From positions 56,856,001-56,920,000 of the forward strand of contig NC_087436.1 in NCBI RefSeq assembly GCF_036321535.1: a stretch of DNA of 64,000 nucleotides, read 5' to 3'. Shown here piece after piece: positions 50,441 to 63,490 of this stretch. Position numbers and translations under genes: made by a program. The notes under the pieces were generated by a model. That model was given only the letters and a program-made list of their open reading frames with translations, was not told where the DNA came from and did no database searches. This DNA comes from Camelus dromedarius (lineage: Eukaryota). How positions within the stretch are numbered: position 1 is the stretch's first letter; every line of letters starts with the position of its first letter.

Positions 50441-51161
50441 AACACAAGTATTAGCGTGGATGTGGGGAAAAGGGAACCTTTGTGCATTGTTGGTGGGAAT
50501 GCATATTGGTGCAGTCACTACACAAAACAGTATGGAGGTTCCTCAAAAAATTAAACATAGAACTACTATACAATCCAGTAATTCCATTTTTGAGTATTTA
50601 TCCAAAGAAAATGAAAACACTAATTTGAAAAGATACATGCACCCCTACGTTCACTGTAGCATTATTTACAGTAGCCAAGATACGGGAGCCACCTAAGTGT
50701 CCATCAACAGATGAACAGATAAAGATGTAGTGTACACATACAACAGAATATCACTCGCCATTTGTAACAACACGGATTGATCAAGAGGGTACTATGTTAA
50801 GTGAAGTAAATCAAACAGAGAAAGACAAACACTGGATGTTTTCACTTATATGTAGAATGTAAAAAACCAAACAAATGAACAAATATGACAAAACAGAGTC
50901 ATAAATACCGAGAGCAAACTAGACATTGCCAGAGGGGAGGGGGTATGGAAGGATTAGTGAAATAGGTGAAGGGAATTAAGAGGGGCAAAATACCAGTTAT
51001 AAAATACACAAATCATGGGGATGTAATGCATAGCATAAGGGAATGCAGTCAATAATATTCCAATCATTTTTTATGGTGCATGTGTAAAAATATCAAATCA
51101 CTATGTTGTACGACAGAAACTAATGTAATATCGTAAGTCAACTACACTTCAATTAAAAAAA
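50441..51161 (+). mobile_element. 5'-truncated L1 (ORF2 3' end, 3' UTR, poly-A)
   Basis: GGATGTGGGGAAAAGGGAACC...CAGTATGGAGGTTCCTCAAAAAATTAAA...CCTAAGTGTCCATCAACAGATGAA...CAACTACACTTCAATTAAAAAAA. Confidence 0.9.
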
Positions 51162-51439
51162 GAATCAATAACACAAGCTCCGTTTCTTGGAACTGATTCA
51201 ATATTTGTTTCCAACAACTTTTTATAGACTTAGGAGGTATGTATACCAATTCATACATGTTAAAAGAAAAAAAAAAAGAAAACAACAGAGTAGGAAAGAG
51301 AGTAGTATGCTGGGCTGTAGGAAAAAAAAAGCTTTTTATTAACTTGACGACACACAAAATGTACGGGAATAAATCTATAGCCCAGTATTTAGACTCAAAA
51401 GCAAAAAATTGAAAGAGAAATTCAAATTCATGAGAATTT

Positions 51440-52140
51440 GGAAGGCTTGACAAAGAGTTCACAAAAATAAAGCCAGAGAGACTTTAGAAGGCTTCACTAT
51501 CCCTTTGAGTTAACAGGATGTTCTGGGGTTTGTTTAAATATTTTTAAGCAGTAATATATATATTACAGTGCACAACAACAACAACAAAAAGCACTACCGA
51601 CTGTAGGGGAAGTGTCAGTCCTACCGTATTCTGTGTGTTTAGACCATATAAGAAATATTATACATAATTCAGTACCAGAGAAGCCACCATGGTCACAATA
51701 GAAGATCCAGAAGTTATACCAGGAAGTACTTAGGAAAAATGGATGGTGCTGAAAAAACTGACTGTATGATATAGTAGTGAACTAGAATTACTGTGTTTTA
51801 CAAAGCAGTGATTCCCACACCCTGCTGATCATAACCTCTCTGCGCACCTTCTAAAAGTACAGGTCATGGAGATCATTACGAGAGATTCTGATTTAGAAAG
51901 TCGGAGTTTGAACCCAGGAATCTAATAAACCCTCTAGGCAGGAACAAGAGTCCAAGGGTACCAGTTCCAGAAAGAAAGATTTCAATTCGCAGCACAGATA
52001 CAGGCTGGAAAACATTCAGAACATTCCAGAAATAAAATGATTTCCTTGCAAAGTAATGAGATTCCTATTCCTGGGTATGTCTAAGTAGAAGGCAGACAGC
52101 CACATGCCAAGGGTACTGGATAGGAGATATACGGATTTGA
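51440..52140 (+). mobile_element. CR1/L3-like 3' fragment interrupted by a MER5A-like hAT MITE (about 51805-51935)
   Basis: L3-like GGAACAAGAG...AAAGATTTCAATTC...GTAATGAGATTCCTATTCCTGG; MER5A-like GAGATTCTGATTTAG...CCCAGGAATCT. Confidence 0.5.
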
Positions 52141-53669
52141 AAATGAGAAACAGACTAAGCACACAATCAATAATTGGTGAGTACATGACCTGATGCAAGA
52201 GACCATTACACAATTTTAGTCACACATTATAAATGGTCTTTCTCTGTAAGAGTAATACAATCATGACGTTCTGATTCTCATTACACATCAGTCATTTCAA
52301 TCAGATTGCAAACATTTTTTGTTTTACCATGGCAAATGCTACAAAATGAAATATGAGTTTCAATCTAGCTAGAGTTCAGAGAAACTGAATTTATATTATT
52401 AAATAGTAAACATAACTTCAAAATGATTTCAAAAAGAACTAAAATAACATTCTGTTAAGCTGTGATGACACTGGCAAATGGAACAAACAAGACAGTAGGA
52501 AGTCTCCTAGGCCAGAAAGAACTGATTATTCAGGGAAACATAAATCATCTCTACACAAGATACTGACGTTGTCCCATAAAGACATAACAGTAACTCCCAA
52601 CAGAAATAAAAGGCAGCTAAACACAATCAATTTCCCTATCATTCTGTATATAATAAACATAAACTCTCATATTAAGGAACGATGTTAGACAGCCAAAATC
52701 ACAACCTGCCATTTTGGAACAAGCAAAACAAAGTGAAAACATAAAAGGATTGTAGAAATCCAAGTGGTCTGGAGTCTGGCATTCAATGACCTTTCCCCAG
52801 TGTTTTGACAGATAAAAAAACAAGTCTCCCATTTCAAAGCTGGTGCAGGTCATCAGATGTTTGGACCTTTTAAAACAGAACTATCATCAGAGATTGGGTG
52901 GTTTAATTGATAAGAAAAAGAATTTCTTCAGGCAGCCAAGTGACAGATACAAACACCTAGGAGAGAAACCTCGCAGATCTCGAAAATAAATTCACCTGAA
53001 CAATATTACAGCTATTTTTACCCCAATATGAAGTTGAACCATCAAAAATACCCTCCCACACAATGAAAAGCTATTATAAAACAGTATTATTTCGGGAGAG
53101 GTCAGTGAAAAATATCCATATTACTCAATTAAAAATTCTACTGGCTAAAGAGAGATTAAGGAATCTCTTGTAGTAACAACTTAATACTAAATTAATGTTC
53201 AAGGAAGTTATTTTCAAAACTAATTACACCCGTCAAAGAACTCATCTGTCCTGAGCTTGTTCAGCTGTTTAAGAAAATACGTGGTGGGGGAGGAAGAGTA
53301 GTTTGGAATGTATAATCTATGGTGTCTGGCCACTTCAACAATCTATCTTTCTAGGCCTGTTCTGTGACTACTGGTTTCATTCAGATATTGGAAATAATTT
53401 AAGAAATACCCAACATCTAATAGCTCCAATTTAAAAAAAAAGTCACTATCACAAACTTCTGTCTGCTGATTTAAAAATCAAAAACAAAACTTTCAAAATG
53501 GCAAACTAGAAAGGAAGAAACCTATGTGCCCATCCTGCAAATATTTGGCTAGTACTCACACCAGCGGCAACACCCACAAAGATATCTATTTCAACAGGTT
53601 GCCTGGTACAGGCTTTATGCTAATAATACAGAAAAGGAGGAGGAAAGGGGAAGCAATGCTGGAGAGTTA

Positions 53670-53870
53670 GATGTTTCACAGGTATTCATTCACTTAACCT
53701 CACAAAGACGCTATAAAGTACTAGTACTCCGAATTTATAAGTGAGGAAACTAAGGCAAAGAGAGGTTAAGTTACTAGTCTAAGGTCACTTAGAGTCAGGA
53801 GGTCACATTACTGAGGCTGGAACCCAGGCAGTGCGATTCCAAAGTCCACCTTGTGATCACCAGCTGGGCT
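53670..53870 (-). mobile_element. MIR SINE
   Basis: Antisense core GTGAGGAAACTAAGGCAAAGAGAGGTTAAGTTACTAGTCTAAGGTCAC...GAACCCAGGCAG. Confidence 0.75.
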
Positions 53871-54532
53871 GCCCTCCCACCCAGCATATCACCTGCCACT
53901 CTCCCTCCAGAGATAACACACTGCACACTCCAGCCAAAAGCACATGTTTTACTCTTGCACAGTTTACTCCCTAAATCCCATCTGTCCCTCCTACTTTGAT
54001 AAACTAGGCTGGATAAAGCAGGAGAGAAATCTCTTTCCCTTAAAGCTTAGCTCTAAACTGCTACCTGATTAACTCTCAGGTATCCAAAAACAGGTATTCA
54101 TACATCACACAAGCTTTAAAAAAAAATTCCTCAGTCAAACCATCCAGACCAAAAAGGAAGAGAGACTGAAGAAGCAGGAGGAGATCAGGGGGCAGGAAGG
54201 AAAAGGCAGAAAAAGAGGAAGAGAGGGAAAGTGGCAGAAAAGACAGACACTTGCCCTGCCTCCTCCAATTTCCTCGCTTCACTTTAAAACCCCTGCAGTT
54301 CTCCTACTGAATTAATCTTACTCCTTTGAGAAGGAGAGAAGTCAGCCTGCCCAGTTTCTGCCTTCCAAGATAGCGTATTACCCCATTTCCTCCCAACATT
54401 TTTATTTTGGTAGAAGGATCTTCCCCAGGGATTCCCTTGATGACTGACAACAGAAGCCTCTCTGAGGAGAGACTGGTGAGAGAGGAATAAGACTGATTGA
54501 TGAAATATGATTGATCAATGAAATAACATAGA

Positions 54533-54790
54533 GCACAGCTCCTCAAAGCGTCTGCAAAGAGACAGTTCTTAAAAATCTCCTATCTGTTTCAGACCAATAT
54601 TTTAATAAAAATACAACAAAAACCAAATTATCTGAAAAATTTATTTTTAAAAAATGTATAAAATACAACCCCCAAATTTCTATTATTACATTCAACAGAC
54701 ATAAAATTACTGGGTCAAACTGCCATTAAAATGTCTAAATACACTCAATTTCTGAACTTACGTTATCACAAACTGACAACACTTTTAATA
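54533..54790. mobile_element. hAT/Charlie-type MITE, same family as 45855-46317
   Basis: Shared internal sequence with the 45855 copy. Confidence 0.55.
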
Positions 54791-55326
54791 ATACCGTATT
54801 AGAACATCAAAGACCAGTTGCTGTGCCTGAAATGTCCTGACATTTGAAAGAGTTAGAAAAAATTTTTTTAGAAAATCAGAAAAATATATATTTTTAAGTG
54901 TCAACAGGAATTACCAGAGGGATTAGACAACATGACTACAGGCAACTTTAAAATTTTTCTTCTTTATACTCTGTATGTTTAAAATTAGTACAAGTAAATG
55001 AAATTTTAAAAAACAAATACATTTCAGTTGCTATAACTTATTTTATAACACATAAAAGCCTGAATATTCAAAACATCATTTCTGCCTTTTTATCCCTGCA
55101 TACATTCTTGGTGTTCGTCCTCTCTTTATTCAGCCTTCAATTCTGCATAAGGAACTGAAGTGTAAAACAGAAATCTATGCATAACTTATGTAAAATTTCC
55201 TGGGACTGGCTATTACAGGTATTGATCCCCTAGTTTGGAAGAGCTATTAAAATGTTAACTGTCTCTACACATGTCCCTTTGGCTAAAAATTAATGAAAGA
55301 ATTCACGGTTGTTAATAAAATTCACA

Positions 55327-55417
55327 GGTGGTGGGTATAGCTCAGCGGTAAACATATTTAGCATGCACAACGTCCTAGGTTCAATCTCCAGTACCTGTAT
55401 CTAAAAAAAATTTTTTA
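55327..55417 (+). mobile_element. tRNA-derived SINE (Vic-1-like), short form without the 3' extension
   Basis: GGTGGTGGGTATAGCTCAGCGGTA...TTAGCATGCACAACGTCCTAGGTTCAATCTCCAGTACC plus A tail; perfect 13-bp TSD AATAAAATTCACA (55314-55326, 55418-55430). Confidence 0.88.
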
Positions 55418-55634
55418 AATAAAATTCACAAGTTTTCAAGTACTCTTACAAGGTATTAGTTGCTCTAAAAGGAGCTGCTTTTGCTGATAAGGCACAGTAA
55501 CTTTCAGAAAAAAATTATACTTTGAAAAAAATTATACTTTCAGATGTGAATAGACACCATTGCCAAAGTAATACCATGTTTAGATTCTTTACTACGTACA
55601 AGGCTTTTATATTAAAAGAATACAATGGATGCAT

Positions 55635-55960
55635 GCATGTATTCATTCATTCCGTACATACCCATTAAACACCAAGGACACAATGGGAAACAGACAATAC
55701 AGCAGTGAGCAAGAAAAATGCCTTTGTGAAGTTAGTATAGAAAGTAGACATTAAATAAATAATTAGCATAACTATAGTACTTAAATATAATTCTCATAAG
55801 TGTACTACCTTTTTTTGATGCAAGGTGTTATAAGAGTAAATAATATGGGTATTTCAAACAGTCTAGGAGTCAACCAGGTGACTCAGACAGTCCAGGGGTA
55901 GCCAGGCAGAAGAATTTCAAAAAGACCAGTATATGTGAAGATCCTGAGCTGGGAATATAC
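55635..55960 (-). mobile_element. LINE L2 fragment
   Basis: ATTCATTCATTCC...CAATACAGCAGTGAGCAAGA...AGGCAGAAGAA...GTATATGTGAAGATCCTGAG. Confidence 0.55.
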
Positions 55961-58764
55961 CATTACAACAGCAAAACATATAAAAAATCAATGAAATATA
56001 TGAAAACACAAAAACATCTCTGTTAAATATATTTAATTTTCATTTTTAGCCACGAGCAAAAGACCTCTGAAATCACTCATGGGGGTACTTAATTTTAAAT
56101 TTAGCCACTGAATTTGAGAGAGGAATAAATATAACTCTAATATCTCTCTGCAGGTAAAATCCAAATGAGCCTATTTTTTTTAAAGCCCACGCACTTGGCT
56201 TCTCCGTGCTTAGCCCTGACCTCAAAGCCCAGGTCACTCCTCATTTGGACTCCTGGCTGAAAATCTAGGTTTAGCTAAGCAGTGGCAAAATAGTTTTCCA
56301 AGAAGGATTCTCCAATAACAGATATAACAATGAATGTTGTTTTTCCTCTCAGCCTATCTGGCAAGTTAAAACTCTCTCACAGCATGTAGCTATACACTCA
56401 AAGACAAAAGTGCTGGTGGTGAAGAGTGGTCCAAAATCTATGATTTGAAACTGGATGACGGTGCACTAGATACACGTTCTGCTATGTAGCAATAATATAC
56501 AGAATTAATACAAAATAGGTTCCTACTTTATGAAATGAAGCTGTTTCATTATCTCTACATAACTCTTTGTGATGATATGCAGACAAGATAAGCCACCCTA
56601 CAAATAAGATTTAAACCTGAACTCTAGAATAATTCACTAAGATGTTTTCCCACCTTATCTAATAGGAATGTCAAAGTACTCAAGAAGGTATCTTAACAGC
56701 TGAGCACAGTCAATTTACCTTTCCAAAATGAATTCTGTACTATATAATTGGTAATCATATTTTTATCATGATCATAACATGTTTTGTATAGTTCACTGGG
56801 TATAAACCACTCCTTCAATTTTTTTACCTCTACTGGGATACTGGTATTGGGTGTCTGAATTATTATTTTCACTTCTTTACATAAACAGTAGTCACTACTA
56901 TTAGGATAAAAAAAATAAATTATCTTCTCAACTCTACAATACTAAGCAGAAAGATTTCATTGACAGTAAATACATAATTATTAAGACATGTCCCCAAAAC
57001 GCTCAGCAACAAAACGAGGAACAAAGAAGCATCACAGAAAGCATTAATTCAATTAAAGCCATTGACAATACCTTCCTTTGAGGGAAATAATACATATGTC
57101 AAAGAATCATATACATAAGGAGGAAAAAAAAGAATCATATATAAAGCAGTCTTCAAAAAAAGGAATCTACACCAGAGGATAGTCTTAAGCAATTCTTAAA
57201 TCACAGCTCACTCATTTGGTGTGAGTCTGAAAGTGTCACATCTGCTGGGCATAAATCTTCTGAAATCAGAAAGACTCAAACTTTAATGCCTTTTTATCTA
57301 CTACCATCAATGAGAATTTATAGAGGAACCATACAAAAATGAGAGATACAATTTTAGATAAATCTGGTTTTTCTGGAACTAATTGAATTTGTAGGCTGTT
57401 ACCTATTTATAATGTAGTTTGGATTAAGTCAAATGGAAACTGAAATTGGCAGTGAGTAGTCAGCTAGTTTGGTTTCTCCTTTACTGGGTCTAATGTGCAT
57501 CTGGCAAGCCATCAGCCCAGACCTTTTCTGGGCATCAGTGTGCTGGCCAAAGCAGCCCCCAAATAACTCAACTTGCTGCATTAGTGCTGTTCAAGTCGCA
57601 AAAACATTTCCCCAGACTTTCTTTGGAAAACAGCTTGTACTGATCTTCATAAAAATGTCCTCTTATATATTCATCAATTCAATAAGACTTCTACAAGAAT
57701 TCTAATACTGGCAATAGAACAGTCATTTCTGTTTTTACATACAAAGCAAGTAATACATTTACTCAATAATTTTAATTTAACATTCAAAAGTTTCATTTTT
57801 TTTTTTAATGTCCTAGACAGTTGGTTATATGAAATTTAGGTCTTCACAGCTTGATGGACAAATCTGTAAGCCAGAGGAGACAGACAAATATCTACAATGC
57901 CAAACCTTTTTGTAAAATAACTAAGCTCCATTTTAATTTTGGCATGCTACCTAACAGAAGATGTTGCTAAGGTCAACTTACAACACAACCTTAACTGAAC
58001 CATACTTGGAGATTACTGCAACTTAATGGAAAATCTTAAGAAAAATCTTAAGCTAAAGTTTAACAAAATATTCTACTCTATAATTCTAAACAGTGAAACC
58101 AGGCCAGGCTTATACAGTTGGGTCATTTGAGATTATAAAATTCTGAAACAAACAAAAAGTTACTTTAATGTGTGTTTTGATGACATTTACGTTCTCAGAT
58201 ACAACTAGGATTTCTTGCATAATGCTAGTAGTTAGGGATATACTCACATCGATAAGCTTTTCAAGTTGAAATTAGCATTAATACAAAAGATATACTGTAG
58301 AATATAATATAGATAAGAAACCTGATTTGATCCAAGCATAATTTAACTAGTCAGTATTGAGAAAAAAATACATATGCCAGGCACAGTGGTAGGTTCTAAA
58401 ATTCAAAGATGAATATGTAAAATGTAGTGTATGCTTAGAATAAACTTATACTCTGGGGTTGAAACTGAGAAAGATTTCATTGAGGAGGGTCACAGTGGCT
58501 TCAGCCTTAAAAGATGTGTGGGACTTTCCAGATATATAGAGCAGAAAAGCATCAAGAAATGTAGCTATAAAAGTCTTAACAATATGTAAGAAACATGTAT
58601 CAGAGGGAGAAAAAAACCTACAATGCCCTTAGAGACATGAAAGTTTGTCAAGAAACAGTGTGACCTTGTCAAGATCTAGAATGTGAATGAGAAGGCAGAT
58701 GACTATATCCCCTGGTCTATGCATGCTTCTAAAGGTTTTTCTGACCCTCTCAAATGTTCCCACT

Positions 58765-61200
58765 GTTGGAGTATAATCTTTCTTGAGGGTAACTTGGCAA
58801 TAATTATCAAAAATCTTAAAAACACATAAACTTTTGGATCCAGTAATTAGACCTCTAAGTACTTATTTCTGTCAAATAAGAGTGCAGGATGTTTAGGACA
58901 ACAGGTTTTATACTAGTAAACAACCATTTTTATGTACAAAGTTTAAAAAAATCATTAACATATTCATGAAATTAAATATTATTCAGTGATTAAAGGACCA
59001 CAGAATTAGATCTTTTTCTATGTCAATAAATGATCTACATACTTAAATTTCAGTCCATGGAATGCTGTTAAGTGAAAAAGTAGGAGAACATATATCACTA
59101 AAGAAAATACGCAGATGGCAATAAAGCAAACAAAAGACGCTTAATCCAGTCATAAGATGAATAGGTTCTGGGGATCTAATGCACAGCATGGTGACTACAG
59201 TTAACAATACGGTACTGGAAGTTGCTAGAACTTAAATGTTCTCATCACAAAAAAAATTACAATTATGTAAGGTGATGGGTGTGTTAACTAACCTTATCGT
59301 GGTGGTAATTTCACAATGTATACACGTATACTTTAATATACGTTGCACATTTTAAACTTATACAATGTTAATATGTCAATTACATTTCAGTAAAGTTGGA
59401 AAAAATTTTAATAGAAAAAGAAAACATACTGAACATCAGTGGTCATTAGGGAAATATAAATTAAAACCAAAGATGGTTTTCACATATATATCCATATGCA
59501 AAAGAATGAAAGTGGACCTCTTCCTCATACCATATGGAAAAATTAACTCAAAATGGATTATCAACTTAAATGTAACAGCTAAAACTATAAAACTCTTGGA
59601 AGAAAATATTGGAATAAATTTTCAGGACTCTGGGATTGTCAAAGCCTTCTTAGATGCGACACTTAAAGCATAACAAAAGAAAAAATAGAAAAATTGGACT
59701 TCATCAAAATTAAAAACTTGTGCATCAAGGTTAAGTGAAAAGACAGCCCACAGAACAGAGAAAATATCTGCAAATCATATATTTGATAACAGACTTGCCT
59801 CATAAACATGTATTGTTTTTAAAAAACTCCTACTACTCAATAATAAAAAGATAAAAACCCCACACTTAAAATGAGCAAAGGATTCAAATACACATTTCTC
59901 CATAAAATTAGGTATGCAAATGTCCAAAGAGTACATAAAAAGATGCTCAATAGCATTAGCTATCAGGAATATGCAAACCAAAACAACAACGACACCACTT
60001 AATACCAAGATGACTACAGACAATAACAAGTATGGACAAGAGCGTGGTGAAGTAGAAGCCTCATAACACAGCTGATGAGAATTAAAACGGTGCAGCTGCT
60101 CTGGAAAATGGTCTCAAACTTCCTAAAATGGTTAAACACAGAATTACCATATGACCCAGTAATCCCACTCACAGGTACATATCCAAAGCAATGAAAGCAT
60201 AAGCCCACACAGAAATTTGTACACAAATAGCATTCATTTCAATAAAAAAAAAAACTTGAACAGTGCATCACATGTTGAAGACTCTAATAATTCATCTTGA
60301 TTTAAAAAAAAAATACTATGCATACGATTTAGAATGACTAAAATTAAAAATACTGATCATAGCAAGTATTGATGAGGATGTGAAGAAACAGAACTCTCAT
60401 ACACTGCTAATGGAAATGTAAAACGATATAACCGCTTAGGAAAACTTGCAATTTCTTAAAAAGTTAAGCATATACCTTCCATATACTTCAGCCATTTCAC
60501 TCCTAAGTATTTAACCGAGAAAAACGAGAGCACACATCCTTACAAAACCTTGTATGTGAAGGTGCACTGCAGCTTTCTTTATAAAGTAACAGCCCCAAAT
60601 GGGAAATAACCCAAATGTCCATCAACAGGTAAATAAACAAACTACACAAAGAAACACTACTCAGTAATACAAGGAAATGAACTTCTGTTAGCTACAGCAT
60701 GGATGAATCTCAAAATAATTGTTATAATTACACTGAATGAAAAAAGCTCAGACCCAAGGGGGGGGGGCAAAAAAAAAAAGAGTGCATACTGCATAGTTTC
60801 ACTTATATGAAATTCTAGGAAATGCAAACTAATCTATAGTGATACAAAGCAGATCAGTGGTTGTATGGGATGAGAAGGGGAAAGTGAAGGGAAAGCGACT
60901 ACAAGAGCTCCCAGGAAACTTCTGGGGGTGATCGATTATGTTCACTCTCTTGATTGTGATGATAGTTTTGTGGGTGTACAGATCTGTCCAAAGTTATCAA
61001 AGTGTACATTTTAAATATGAGCAGTATATTGCACATGTATTAAACATCAATAAAGGTAAAAACCTAAGCTATAAAACATATAAAAATGATTCCACTTCTG
61101 TATTTTAAAAATAAACATTTATATGCACAGAAAATATTTTTCTTGGTAGTATATTAATCATAAGGGGATTATAAGGTATTTTTTCTTTTACACTTCCATC
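58765..61200 (+). mobile_element. Nested cluster of L1 fragments of different ages (L1ME / L1MC-D / L1MB / L1MA-like)
   Basis: ORF2 remnant (KRMKVDLFLIPYGKINSKWIINLNVTAKTIKLLEENIG in ORF 59365-59673) and several distinct L1 3' UTR ends (about 59147-59405 and 60780-61042). Confidence 0.85.
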
Positions 61201-61981
61201 ATGGAAACTCAAAGATGTATTAAAATACTGTTCGTAGTTCACACACACAAAAAATAAACTTCTACTACTAATTCCAAAACATTGTACTATAGTAAAAATC
61301 TAGAGTGTTTTTTAATCTACAAAACACATATAGGAGATTCTGATTCATAAATTTAATTTGGTCCAATTATCTCTTAATTAATGAGAAATGGGGAAAAAAG
61401 CAACTCTTAAAACTAAATAGTTTATTATAAAAATTACATTCCTTACCCTATCTGTTTCTGGCATAAGAAATCTCTAACTTAAATGAGATAGATGATGAAA
61501 TGGACATTCATCTTGCCAATGTTTTGAAAAAATAAAGCACAGTTTATACATCTCAGTTGTACAGATTATGAGCCTTAGCTGTTGCTGAAAATTTACGAAG
61601 ACAGAGAGGAATAATACAATACGCAAGTGATGTATTTCACAAGGTAGCCAATCACTGAAGATAAATTCTGAAGTTTATCCAATATTCAATGTGTTCTGGG
61701 TCCAAAAAGAAAAGGAAATTGTCCCAGGATTTAAGTATGAACTAGCAACAGTAAAAGATTCTTTAATATGATCATATTAATTCTAAAATATCAGATAAGG
61801 ATAATCAACGTCAGAGTCAAGAAGTTATGGAAGGAAATGATTTACTCAAACACCTGAACAGCTCAAAAGCTTGGAAGAGCATTAAGTTTCCCGTCTCAAG
61901 TGCAAATGCTAGATGCCTGTCTGTAACCAAAATCAGTTTCTGGCTTTTATTCTGAATAAAGTAATGATCACTGCATTCTTT

Positions 61982-62019
61982 TCTTTTCTTCATTTTTTTG
62001 GGGGCTGGGGGTGAGGGTA
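61982..62019 (-). mobile_element. 38-nt retroposed tail fragment, probably a severely 5'-truncated Vic-1-like SINE
   Basis: Perfect 16-bp TSD GATCACTGCATTCTTT (61966-61981, 62020-62035); minus-strand insert TACCCTCACCCCCAGCCCCCAAAAAAATGAAGAAAAGA. Confidence 0.7.
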
Positions 62020-62849
62020 GATCACTGCATTCTTTACAATGAAAAAGTGACCACACTCCTAAATCAATATACCAAGGATCTCTGTTAGTGAACACAAACA
62101 AGGTTCACACTATCACGTAAAAATTCCCACTGGGGATAGAGAAATGCTGCTTTGTGACAGAGATGGAGAATAAAGACTTCTGACAGATAAAGTTGTATAA
62201 AAAAACCATGGAATACAGTCACTTAATATTATACTACAAAACTCAAATTCACATATAAGACAAAAAGAACCAGACACAGAATTGAAAGGTATATTAAGAA
62301 TCCACTCCTACCTTCTGGGTACAACCCAAATTAATTCACTGAATTACTTAACACTACAACACTGGCTATTCATTAAAACGCTACTCTAAAAGAATCATTT
62401 ACCTTCTTGAATCACCACTTTTTGAATCATCTCTCAGTTTTTCACATTTGGGTCATACAATTAGCAGATCAGCCACAAAATTTTTTTTCAATACTAAATT
62501 GGCTTCTGCTGCCATTTACCATTTACACAATTATCAGACACACTGACTTATTTTAATATCAGGCTACATAAAATAGGATTATAAATATCAAACTAACGAG
62601 AAATTCTAGAAAGATAATACATGCAATATACAGAATAAATTAGTTTTGATCAGATACCCCTTTGGGTCATCTCACCAATTTTTTATCCACTGTTAAGGAA
62701 GGACATGGTCAAGAATTTTAAGTACTATTATTAAATAATATATAGTATATGGGACCATAATTCCAGCTACTTTATATATAAATCTTTAAATAAACATTTT
62801 AGAGGTATAATTAACATGGCATTGTATAAGTTACGTATTTTTAATTTTG

Positions 62850-63490
62850 AGAAAAGCTAATGGAAAGCATATTCACAGATGTCAACATTTCAAAGACTTA
62901 AAACACTATCCAAAATCATTCAAATATTTTACACAGAATCAAATATACGGAAAAATATTCAAAAACAGAGTTTACAATATTTTATAGTCATTGTTGACAA
63001 GATGTTCAGGTCATTTTAAATTGTTTATTAATTGTAATTGGAAATTTGCATATAACTTATCATAATACTTGTTAACAAGATTACCTATACCTTATATTTA
63101 ATTTTTTCTGTTATTAACAGCCACATAAAGATATGTGTTGGCAAAAAATAAGCAAACATTCCTTTAAAAAACATGGATATAAAAAATAATTACTTCAAAA
63201 ACATTGACATGTAAATTATGTACATCACTAATACTTATATGTACTGGTCTGGAAATACATCCATGATACAATCAAAGAACAAAAGGAAAACTGCAGAACA
63301 ACATGTATTAGTGGGGGAGAGTGATGCACATTAGAACATAAAAATGAGTAAAACGGTAGAAAGAGTGTATCTAGAAGAAGGAAGACTAGAAAAGGCTGGG
63401 GAAATTTTACTTTATACTCTGTATATTGTTAAACTATTCAAATATTTTACAAGTGTCATTAAGCTTTAATTTTTCAATAAAAATATGTTT
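62850..63490 (+). mobile_element. Highly degraded ancient L1 (L1ME-like)
   Basis: ACAAGATGTTCA...ATTGTTTATTAATTGTAA...; 3' UTR-like TTTTACTTTATACTCTGTATATTGTT. Confidence 0.4.

Noticed and set aside
50460..50696. 78-aa ORF
   Set aside because: Frameshifted L1 ORF2 C-terminal remnant.
59365..59673. Reverse-transcriptase-related ORF as a functional gene
   Set aside because: Short degraded L1 ORF2 remnant fused to another L1's 3' UTR.
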